Shown here in pieces: positions 1-9,196 of a stretch of 64,000 bases of DNA. This DNA is from Podarcis melisellensis (Eukaryota), in NCBI GenBank assembly GCA_964234715.1, contig OZ174276.1. One strand, 5' to 3'. The first letter of the stretch is position 1. Every line of letters begins with the position of its first letter. The notes under the pieces were generated by a model that saw nothing but the letters and a program-made list of their open reading frames with translations, was not told the origin of the DNA and did no database searches. The translations under genes and the position numbers were made by a program.

Positions 1-2187
1 CTGCTGCAGAACCCTTGCGCGGAGCTCGTCGCTTGGTACGTAGAGGGCGCCTTTGCGAGTTAACAGCCCGTCGCGTAACTGGAACTCATCGTCTCTCTGT
101 GAACCCCTGCGCAGCTCCTCCATCTTGGATTGTGCAAACTGATCCATTTGCAACGCGCGTCGCACCGCGTCCAGGTCGACTGCGATGGCAGCGCACGCCC
201 ACGCCTGCGGTGCAAAAATGTGCTTGGCTGCTACTGGTGCCGCTTCCTCGAGATATTGCGGTTTCCTGGAGAGCGCATCGGCTATAACGTTGGAATCCCC
301 CGGGATGTATTCTATCCTGAAGTCGAAATCCGCGAAGAATTCCGCCCAGCGCATGTGCCTCTGGCTCTGGAGCTTCGCCGTGCGCCAATACTCTAAGTTT
401 TTGTGGTCCGTGCGGACCTGCACGGTGTGCTTGGCTCCTATGAGGAAGTGTCGCCACGCTTTGAAAGCTGCGTGAATGGCCAACAGCTCCCTGTCCCATA
501 TAGTGTAGTTTTGCTCCGTGTTGCTGAGCTTCCGGGAGTAAAAGGCACCGGGTCTCCAGTTCCCTTGCGGATCTTCTTGCAGAAGGACGGCTCCAACCGC
601 TCTGTCTGATGCGTCAGTCTCGACTCGCATGGGCCTGCCGGGATTCACGTGCAGCAGCTGCTCCTCGGAAGCGAAGAGGCTTTTAAGCTTCCGAAAAGAG
701 CGCTCTGCCTGTTCCGTCCAAGCGAACTTCTTCTTCTTGGAACTGAGAGTGTCCGTGATTGCTGCCGTCTCCTTTGCGAAACCTCTGATGAACTTGCGGT
801 AGAAATTGGCGAACCCGACGAATCTCTGGACTTCCTTCCGATTGCGTGGGCTCTTCCAGTCCAACACCGCGTGGACCTTGACGCTGTCCATGGCCAACCC
901 CTTGTCGGACAGCTTGTAGCCGAGGAAATCCACCTCCGTCACATCGAACTGGCACTTCTCCAACTTGGCGTAGAGCCTGTGTTCCCGTAGTCTTTGCAGG
1001 ACCTCCTTTACGTCTCTCTCATGAGCTTCCGGCGATTCCGAGAAGATCAGGATGTCGTCGAGAAAACACACACACTTCTTGTAGAGGAGTCCCGCCAGCA
1101 CGTGATGCATAAAGGCTTGGAAGACGTGAGAGCCATTTTGGAGACCAAACGGCATAACTCTGTATTCATACGTGCCCAGAGGCGTGAACATGGCCGTCTT
1201 CCACTCATCGCCCTCCCGGATACGTATGAGGTTGTACGCTCCACGCAGATCCAACTTGGTGAAGATCTTCCCCTTCCTCACGGTCGCTAGGAGGTCGTCA
1301 ATCTTGGGCATGGGAAAGGCCTTGGGCTTAGTCATCCTGTTTATGGCCCTATAGTCCACAATGAGCCTTTTCTGGGGCGTGTCCTTCTTCTTCACAAAAA
1401 ACACAGGACTGCCCCCCACTGCTTTGGATTCCCGGATGAATCCGCGCTTCAAATTATGCTCTATGAACTCTCTGAGTTCTTTTATCTCGTCTTCAGACAT
1501 GGAATACAGCTTTGCAGTCGGTAGCTGCGCCCCCGGCAACAGGTCGATCGCACAGTCGTAAGGCCTGTGGGGTGGCAACTGGTCAGCTTCCTTCTCGCAG
1601 AAAACCTCCAAGAATCCTTCATACTTGCGAGGTACTGCCTGCACCATGCCAAGTTGCAGCTGCTGCTCAGCCTCCTCCTCCTGGCTGGGCTGGATGCAAT
1701 GTTGAGCACAATACGATGAGCAGAAGGTGATCTGCCGTTGGTACCACGCTACAGCAGGACTATGCCTCTCCAGCCAACTCATGCCTAATGCTATAGGCGT
1801 GTCTGACAAGTGGGTGACATTGAAGCTAATGACTTCTCGATGATTTCCAATCCGCATCACCATGGGAGGCGTCTGTTGCACAACTTGCCCTCCTAGCAAT
1901 TTCCTGCCATCCACCGTAACTACGTTCAGAGGCGTTGTTGCGGGCAGAAGCGCTATGCGATGCTGCTTGACAAATTGCATCCCCACAAAATCCGCGTTGC
2001 TCCCAGAATCGATCGTGATGGGAACTTCCAGGGTGGTTCCATTCTGCAACTGAAGTGTTGCAGTGAGCTGCACCGCTGGCTTGGGTGGTAAAGGGTCTGT
2101 GCATTGCAAAAGCGCTGGGGACTGCTCTACAGATCCGCCTGGCTGAGCCCCAGCAGCTCTGCTTCCAGCCAGGCACTGTCGTTTCCC
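1..2187 (-). CDS. pol: Retrotransposon pol (aspartic protease, reverse transcriptase, RNase H, start of linker to integrase); partial, 729 codons with no stop
   Basis: Manual translation: ITIDSGSNADF (DSG at 2002-2010), LGMSWL, LPPHRPYDCAIDL, SPVFFVKKKD, RLIVDYRAIN, KLDLRGAYNLIRI, EWKTAMF, MPFGL, CFLDDILIFS (1054-1065), FLGY, FVGFANFYRKFI, ETDASDRAVGAVL, YSRKL, RELLAI, TDHKNL, ADALSR. Confidence 0.93.
2114..2187 (-). promoter_or_regulatory. -1 programmed ribosomal frameshift signal: G GGA AAC heptamer plus H-type pseudoknot
   Basis: Heptamer at 2187-2181 in gag frame, 6-nt spacer. Stem 1 GCCTGGCTG/CAGCCAGGC (2174-2166 with 2145-2137). Stem 2 GCTGGGG/CCCCAGC (2154-2148 with 2120-2114). pol is in the -1 frame. 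Confidence 0.85.
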
Positions 2188-3187
2188 TGAGGTTGCTCTT
2201 CTTGCATCACTTCTGCTGCCACTGTTGCCAAAGCTGCAGTGTGCTTCTGGAGCCTCTGGGGGCACTCTTTCGCCATATGCTGTGCACTGTCACAGATGTA
2301 ACATTTCCTGGTCCCTCTAGGAGGCTTCGCCTTTACTGCACCGGAAACAGGGGCTCTGGCTGGCGTTTGAGCCCTAGCACCACCAATTTCCATCGGCTCT
2401 TCTCCCTGCCTCCCCAAAAGCGAGGGATGTGCCTGGCCGAAGTCCCTGGGAATAAAAGGGGGGGTCCTTGCTGGTGCACGCGTCTGGCGTCCTTCATCAT
2501 CGTGCCAAGGGCGTCCCTCGTGTCTTACTCCTATCGCAAGAGCCCTCTGCACCACGTCTTCTAGGGTCTGGGGTCTGTCTCCCCTGGCAAGCTCATCTTT
2601 TATGGGGCCGCTGAGACCTTCCCAGAACAAATCTCTCACTGGTTTGCAGTCCTTTTCCCAGCCTAACACAGTCAATAATGCGAAGAATCTGGAATGATAC
2701 TGACGTACTGTGGCTTTGCCTTGCCGCAGTCCATGCATCTCCCTGCGCGCAATATCAAGATCCACAGTTGATTGGAAACAAGCATCCATCGCTTTAATAA
2801 ATTCATCAGAATCGCGGCGGGCAGGGCCATCTTCGCGCCACAAATTGCGCAACCATGCAAATGAGACACAATAAATCCCACCTTCTTTTCTTCATCTTTA
2901 AAGTCATTGCGAAGCAAATGCAGTGCATATAAGACGTCTGCTCTGAAACTAGGGTACTGCTTCAAGTTCCCATCGAAGTGGGTGACTAAATTGCCCCCCC
3001 GCCTTCCAAGTCCAAGTCCCTCCGATCTGGACCCTGGGAACCCTTCCCTGCTTGCACGCTCCCACCTTGTTTGCAGGTCCTGGCAGCGCTTCTCCAGTTC
3101 GTCATTCTTCTTCTGAGATGCAATGACTGCAGCGGTGAGTTCGGTAACCTGGTTCCCCAGCGCCATCAGCTGTTCCTCCGCACTCAT
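2127..3187 (-). pseudogene. gag: Retrotransposon gag, frameshifted near 2855-2860
   Basis: ATG at 3187 (MSAEEQLMALGNQVTELTAAV..., coiled-coil-like; FDGNLKQYPSF...KKVGFIVSHL). Continues in another frame (AWLRNLW...LRQGKATVRQYHSRF...FWEGLSGPIKDEL...EPMEIG) with zinc knuckle CYICDSAQHMAKEC. Stop TAG at 2127-2129. Confidence 0.85.
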
Positions 3188-3238
3188 GGCTGCTACCGTT
3201 TGTGAGCTTTGCAAAAAAAATTTTTTTTGCGTTCTTGG

Positions 3239-3248
3239 GAGGGTACTT
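3239..3248 (-). promoter_or_regulatory. Self-priming primer-binding site (AAGTACCCTC), complementary to the predicted transcript 5' end at 3397-3388
   Basis: Starts 2 nt after the LTR end. It is the exact 10-nt reverse complement of GAGGGTACTT inside the LTR, and there is no TGG tRNA-type PBS. Confidence 0.8.
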
Positions 3249-3250
3249 AC

Positions 3251-4034
3251 TGTCAGAGCCACCCGAGGTCCCAGCTCACGAGAGACCCAAGTCCAATCCG
3301 GTTTATATACAAAAGTCTTTATTGAAGAACATTGTTGGCTTTACATCCGAGACCTGTGGCTCTACGTCTGTTACGCTTAGACCGCTGAAGTACCCTCTGA
3401 ATCAGTACCGCCCCTGCACCAGTTTAAGAGGCTTGTGCTGGACCACCTCTTCCTCTCCTTCCTTTTCCGCAGGGTCTTTCTGCCCCCCTGGGTTCCCTCC
3501 CGCCGGGACTCCCCAGAGGCTGAATCCTCTGACGCCTGTTCCCCCCTCCTTCGCGCTTTGGGACCAGGCTCCTCCCCAGGGCTTCCCTCACTTCCGCGCG
3601 CCTCCACATTTGAACTTGGCGCGCGTACGTTGCTTCTGACCTTCCTCTCGACCGCTACACTGCTCCCGGTGCTACTCTCCGCCCCTTCCGGCAGGACGTC
3701 TTGCCCCGATCTCCTTCCCCTCTCTCCTTCCTGTTCTGCTCCCTCTGACACACTGGTAACTCCACCCCCTTCACTCCGTTCCGGCGGAGAAGCCGGCCCC
3801 GATCTCCAACTCCCACTGGGGGTTCTCCCTTCGCTCCCCTGCTCCTGACTGCTTCCCCCTTTGGCTCCCCTTGGCCTGACCAGGGGGGCTTCCTTTTGGG
3901 AATCCTCCGACTCACTGGACAGACTCATGGACGACCTTTGGTCATTGTCATCCTCTTCCTCGTCGTTCTGGGATTCTTCCCCCTCGCTCACTGTCTCCTC
4001 CCTCATCTGCTCTTCTCTCCCTGAACCCCTGACA
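3251..4034 (-). repeat. 5' LTR (784 bp) of the Gypsy element
   Basis: Inverted termini TGTCAG (3251-3256) and CTGACA (4029-4034). AATAAA on minus at 3318-3323, TATA-like CTTAAA on minus at 3423-3428. Lies directly upstream of the PBS and gag. The second LTR is outside the window. Confidence 0.85.
3377..4006 (-). other. 209-aa ORF within LTR U3 (acidic/Ser-rich N-terminus, basic NLS-like C-terminus); function unknown
   Basis: In the ORF track. The frame is open back to the LTR start. Contains EEESQNDEEEDDND and RKTLRKRKERKR. Confidence 0.35.
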
Positions 4035-4242
4035 CATACGCTTCAGGTTACAGACTCCACTAACCCAGAAATAGTGCTTCAGGTTAAGAACTTTGCTTCA
4101 GGGTGAGAACAGAAATTGTGCTCCGGCGGCGCGGCAGCAGCAGGAGGCCCCATTGGCTAAAGTGGTGCTTCAGGTTAAGAACAGTTTCAGGTTAAGAACG
4201 GACCTCCGGAACGAATTAAGTACTTAACCCGAGATACCACTG
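4035..4242. mobile_element. Right half of a Tc1/mariner (pogo/Tigger-like) MITE interrupted by the LTR element
   Basis: Ends in ...CTTAACCCGAGATACCACTG then TA. The TIR resembles the 5347-5577 element. Internal repeats of CTTCAGGTTAAGAAC. Confidence 0.75.
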
Positions 4243-4357
4243 TAATGTAATGCGGTTTCACCGCACATCTTGCTATATGCTGCCTTCAGGGAGGAAGGCT
4301 GGTATAAGGTTCATCAATGGAGACAGGTGTCTTATTAACGCAGGTTTGTCACCACAG

Positions 4358-4485
4358 GGTTCTGGATGGACATTGGGCAGCCCAAAGACTTTCTGACCGG
4401 CATGTGCATGTATCTGCAATATCTACGGCTGAAACATCCCGAGAGGCTGCACTCAGGACCAGGTTTCATGGGGAATGTATTAGTG
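4358..4485 (+). CDS. GMPPB: GMPPB (mannose-1-phosphate guanylyltransferase beta), third-last coding exon
   Basis: cacag|GG TTC..., [43 protein letters not shown], |gtaatt; 128 bp. Confidence 0.96.
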
Positions 4486-4742
4486 GTAATTCTATTCTTG
4501 TATTTCTTTAGAGCGAGGGTGGGCAGCACTTCATTAAAGGCTGATCTAAAACTGGTAGTATATTGAGCAAGGCAACAGCAGCTCTTGATATTACATCTAC
4601 CATCTTGTGGACTAGAGCTGTGAGGGAATGTTCTTCTCTCCCATCTAGTTTCCTCTGAGGAGGAGGAAGCTACTTCTCAGACCAGAGCTGTGGAAGCTGC
4701 TCAAGAAAAACCAATTTACTTTCTTCCCCCCTCCAACTTCAG

Positions 4743-4925
4743 GACCCAACTGCCAAGATTGGATTGAACTGCAGTATTGGTCCCAATGTCACCATTGGGG
4801 CAGGAGTGGTGATAGAGGACGGGGTTCGGATCAAACGTTGCACTGTGCTGAAGGGGTCGCGGATCCGGTCTCATTCGTGGCTGGAGTCCTGCATTGTTGG
4901 CTGGAGCTCCTCTGTAGGCCAGTGG
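4743..4925 (+). CDS. GMPPB: GMPPB penultimate coding exon (hexapeptide/left-handed beta-helix region)
   Basis: ttcag|[61 protein letters not shown]|gtgagt; 183 bp, phase 0 at both ends. Confidence 0.97.
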
Positions 4926-5346
4926 GTGAGTTATGTGACAGAGCAATCCTCATCAGTCAGATATACACTGGGGAAAGTGAAGCTGCAGCCCAGCTGCTGT
5001 AGGTTGAGGGAATGTAAACATTTTCTGCTCTTCTGTGGGGGAAATGTTACCTCTTTGGGCAGGACCAGTAAATGGAGAGAGCTGGAACGCAGGATAATTT
5101 TGTTTATTCCTTTTGGTGGCCCCAATGTGCCTGTTTGCTGGCCTTAACATGCCCCCTTTTTGCCTTGCACACTGGGATAGCTTGTGCCAGGAGAGCTTTA
5201 CTTCAGTCAGGTGAAGTCGCCAGCTTAAGGCCACCTGAGCCACAAGGGGGGGGACATCAGGTCATATCTTAACCTCTCCCAGCCAGTGTGTCTGGGACTT
5301 AAGAACTGCACTGTTGGTCAGAGCTGCATCTCAGCAAGACTAACTA

Positions 5347-5577
5347 CAGTGGTGCCTCGCAAGAAGAAATTAATTCGTTCTGCGAGTTTCTTCGTCTTGC
5401 GAAGCGCGGATTCCCTGGGTATTAACGGCTTTAAGGAAACAAACTCGCAAGACGTTTTTGTCTTGCGAAGCAAGCCCATAGGGAAAATCGTCTTGCGAAG
5501 CAACTCAAAAACCGAAAACCCCTTTTGTCTTGCGCGTTTTTCGTCTTACGAGGCATTCGTCTTGCGAGGTACCACTG
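5347..5577. mobile_element. Complete Tc1/mariner-type MITE (231 bp) in the last GMPPB intron
   Basis: TIRs CAGTGGTGCCTCGCAAGA / TCTTGCGAGGTACCACTG (17/18 match). TA target duplication at 5345-5346 and 5578-5579. Internal TCGTCTTGCGA repeats. Confidence 0.9.
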
Positions 5578-6109
5578 TAGTTCTTTTACTGATGAGTGAC
5601 CTGGAGTGCACAGTCCACACAAATGCTACTGTGTAGTTTCTTCACATGCCTGCATGTTTGTTCTCTCACTCATGATGGACTTGTAGCTTGGCAGTGGTTG
5701 TGTGTTCATACTCAATACCCTTATTATTATGAGAGCTGCACTCATAACAGGGAAACTGGCCCTATAAAGTCCCAATTTAATATCTTTCAGTGCTGCTTTG
5801 TGCCAGGTATCAAGCTGTCCTTTCCCTATGAGTTGAATTGGTACTAGATTTAGTGGCAATTTGAGTAAGATTTAGGGAAACTCTACAGGTATAATTATCA
5901 TGGCACCTCATTCTGGCTGCTCCTGCTTTTAATTAGCTGCCCAGAGCCAGAAAAGCAAGGGCAGAACCTGTTAGAAACTGACTCCTGAGTAGCCATAGGT
6001 TTGTACCATGCAGGCAAGTAACTGCCTTAGCCTAAGTCTATCTTGTAACATACTACTTCCCCTCAGCTCAGCATAGAGTTGTCTAACTGTATGTCACGCC
6101 CTTCCTCAG

Positions 6110-6241
6110 GTACGGATGGAGAATGTGTCAGTGCTGGGAGAGGATGTCATTGTGAACGATGAACTCTACCTCAATGGTGCCAACGTGCTGCCTCACAAAT
6201 CCATTGCGGAGTCTGTACCGGAGCCACGCATCATCATGTAG
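6110..6241 (+). CDS. GMPPB: GMPPB last coding exon
   Basis: cttcctcag|[43 protein letters not shown], the characteristic GMPPB C-terminus. Confidence 0.97.
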   Translation, partial: VRMENVSVLGEDVIVNDELYLNGANVLPHKSIAESVPEPRIIM

Positions 6242-8341
6242 CGGTCCTGGGCCTTGAGTATTGGACCTGCTGAGAGGGCCTTCCCTGTCTTACCCTCTTA
6301 CAAGGGGAATCCCCATCCTGTGCCTTGGGAGCGGGGGCTCCTTGTTGACTTTTATGCTGAGAAAATACTAACCTTCTGCTGGAATCCTAGGAGTGTAGTG
6401 GGATAAGGAGGTTTGTAAGCTGGCTGGAGTGCTCCTCAGAATCACTGCTTAGCATAAGGCACAATGACCTGGGCCAGCTCCAGGGGTTGTCCAGTGCCAC
6501 AGGCCATTGAGCTACTACTGGAAAGCAACCCTAATGTGCAAAGAGGAAAATGCTTGCTTGTGTGGTTCTGCAGTAGGAGTTCAGCTGCTGCAAGAGAACA
6601 GTCCCAGGCAGGCCCGATGAGGAGAAAGAACAGCATGCTGTGCTTTTATTTCAGGATAAGATGTGCAGCTCATGTTGCACAAAGGGAAGACAGAATACAA
6701 TCCTCTTCTTTGGAACTCTACTGCCTTACAGAGACTGATCCCTCTCTCTTCCCTCAATATGGCCAAGAATCACTAACTATTACTATTCAAGAACTCTGGA
6801 CAGGGCTCTGTCAATTAATGGGGACGGGGAATGAAATTATATTGTCATGAAGAATGGGAGCTGTGGTGTGTCATATGTTTTCTTTAACTCCTCTTGGGGA
6901 ACAACAATGGCAGTTTTGTATGGCAGCTGACTTTTACCGCTGCCTTCCTTGCAGCCAATCCCATCTTGCACTGCTGCTGTGCCAGCCTTTAGGACAGTGC
7001 TCCATAAAATGGAGAGAAGAATACACATAGCTCACCGCCTTAAGGAATAATAATTTAATAATATTCCATTGTATGGAAGTTAACACCCCTTCCACTTTGG
7101 AGGGTGGTGGGAGAGAGAGACAATCATAGATGCACATAAGTTAAAATTCCTTGCTTCAAGCACAATGCTTGCTGCCCTCCCCGACACTTCTGGTTACAAG
7201 TCACACACAGTTAGTAAATTAAAAAACAGCAACCATCCTTGTCTGCTCCTGGATAGTACAGGCAGCCTGGTCACACAGTGAAGGGCTGGTGCCATGGGCA
7301 CCTTCTGCTGGTGGAAGAGAGCAGTGCAATCAGGTTCACCCCTGCAGTAGCCCATAAAGATCAACCCAGCTCGTACTTCTCCCAACCAGAATACAATGCA
7401 TGGGACGAACTCTGGCCCCTACTGTATCTGTTTTTCTTTTCTTGGAGAAGCTTGGGAGTCTATTCAGACTCATTCCTCTGGTAGTTGTGGGCTTCATCTC
7501 TGCACTTCTGTTAGTCATGGCATAGTGTGCCTGCTGTTGCATTCACTAAGCTCCCCAGACCAAAAACTGGGCCTTGTGTCTTTGCTATGCGTATCTAGCA
7601 GTCCCTACCTGCAAAGGAAAGGAGCTATATGCACAAAGAGCAGAGTCTAATGTTTAAGTGGACAGATGGTACAATCTTTCACTTACCAGCGCATCTGATT
7701 GCAGGTGGGAGAATGGCTTGTCAATATCTCCCTTCGTCACCAAAGCATATCAGGTGGCACAGCTGGGTAGGCTGCTGCACGATATGCCCACGTAAATATC
7801 TCAACCAACTCTGAGCAACACACACACTTGTCAAAACAGCTGCTAAGCGCTGCAGCAAAAAACACACTTGGCTAGTGGCCAGCTGGGCCCACAGGAGCGA
7901 TGTTGCCTGTGAGATCAGCTTTTACCCCATCGAGAAAAGCACCACACCAAAGGGGATGTGTCCCAGCTACAGTACGAGACAGGCTTCCTGGGGCAAATGC
8001 AGAAAAGGAGCTACAGATTCAGGCTGAGGTAGAAAACCTGAGCAAGTTCAGCCCCCTTGTACATGCCCCATGGGAAAAGCCCAGTGCCTGCTGGCTTGGA
8101 GTCAATGACAGCAACAGGAAGTGTACCTAAATTCAGGGGGGTTGAAGGATATGATGTGGCCAAGGGGATGCATATGGCAGTGCCTGGCCTGCAAGAAGTG
8201 TTATAAATTAAAAAAACACACAACTGAGCTCAGCTGTGCTGAACAGCAGCCGCCTTTGACAGAGGTGCTCTCGAAGCAAGGAGAGTCCATCTTGTGGAGA
8301 AGCTGCCGGGGCATGCGGCCCTGCCCTGCAGGGTCCAGGCA

Positions 8342-8441
8342 CTAGGAGGTGGCTGGCTTCATGTAATCATCCACACCCGTGATGGTGGCTTTGCAGAAGA
8401 AGCAGTCCTTGTTGTTCATCAGGTGCTGGTTGATGCAGGCT
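8342..8441 (-). CDS. RNF123: RNF123 (KPC1 E3 ligase) last coding exon, second half of RING
   Basis: tttctag|A GCC..., [32 protein letters not shown]. Confidence 0.95.
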
Positions 8442-9110
8442 CTAGAAAGACAAGAGCAGGAGGCCTTGGACATTTGTTCACAGCTACAGGCCAAGCTTTG
8501 GCCCAACAATACGTGTCTAGTACCTAAAAGCCCCTTGCTGGGTCTAAATGAGTGCAAGTGTCCTGTGCATGCAAGATAATGCCCACTTTCCTCTTAAAAT
8601 CAAATTCTACAGCTTCTCTATAAAACAAATTACACAAATTTGTTTTGGGGGCATGTGCTAAGCCATGGTAATGACTTAGAGGAATGGGAGACACTGAAGT
8701 CTTCCCCTGCCCCCAACCAGTTTGAATCCTGATCAGCCTTTCCCATGGCTTCTAAGATTTAAATACAAATGGCACACTTTATCAACCAAACTTCGCAGCC
8801 CAAAAGGTTAAAATGCTAGCTTTAAAAAAAAACCAAATCAGTTGAATCTAATCTGCATGCGCAGTGCAGTCACAGCCTTGCGTATGGGAGAGCTGGCCTA
8901 AGTAGATATTCAGAAGCATCGTGCTGCTGTGTCTTTCCATTAGGGCAACAAGTGAAAAGGAGATTTCAGTTAGGAAGCTTCAGAGAGTTCAAATGGCAAA
9001 ATTTGCTAATTAAATCTCCAGTTATGGTCTAGGGCACCTTCTAGGACCCCTTCCATCCAACCAGAAAGCAAAAATAGAGAAAAGCCCACATCCCCCAAGG
9101 GATTACTCAC

Positions 9111-9196
9111 TTGCAGGACTTGTGGGAGCATGGCTTGAATACGGCAGATATGGGATGCGCGTAGCAGATGGGGCACAGGTCCTCCTCACTGGTGGG
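9111..9196 (-). CDS. RNF123: RNF123 exon, first half of C3HC4 RING
   Basis: ttgcag|[29 protein letters not shown]|gtgagt; phase fits the next exon. Confidence 0.96.

Larger units (their letters stand above)
1..4034 (-). mobile_element. Ty3/Gypsy LTR retrotransposon, Tf1/sushi (PEG10-like) group; 5' LTR, gag and most of pol, running off the left edge of the window
   Basis: LTR with TGTCAG...CTGACA termini, gag with CCHC knuckle, then PR-RT-RNaseH order before integrase (Gypsy order). CpG-rich compared with host DNA. Confidence 0.95.

Noticed and set aside
15-2564. Many plus-strand and off-frame ORFs over the retrotransposon
   Set aside because: Shadow ORFs of the GC-rich pol/gag sequence; no independent motifs.
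3188-3262. ORF-track N-terminal extension of gag (MALTVSTL...)
   Set aside because: Begins at a non-ATG codon inside the LTR and crosses the PBS; the first good ATG (GCCATGA) is at 3187.
4336-4343. Alternative GMPPB acceptor (taacgcag) 14 nt upstream of the exon
   Set aside because: Would shift the frame and lies too close to the likely branch point TTAAC.
4926-5147. Read-through of the GMPPB exon ORF into the last intron
   Set aside because: Strong GTGAGT donor and a proper last exon exist; the extension has no recognisable protein features.
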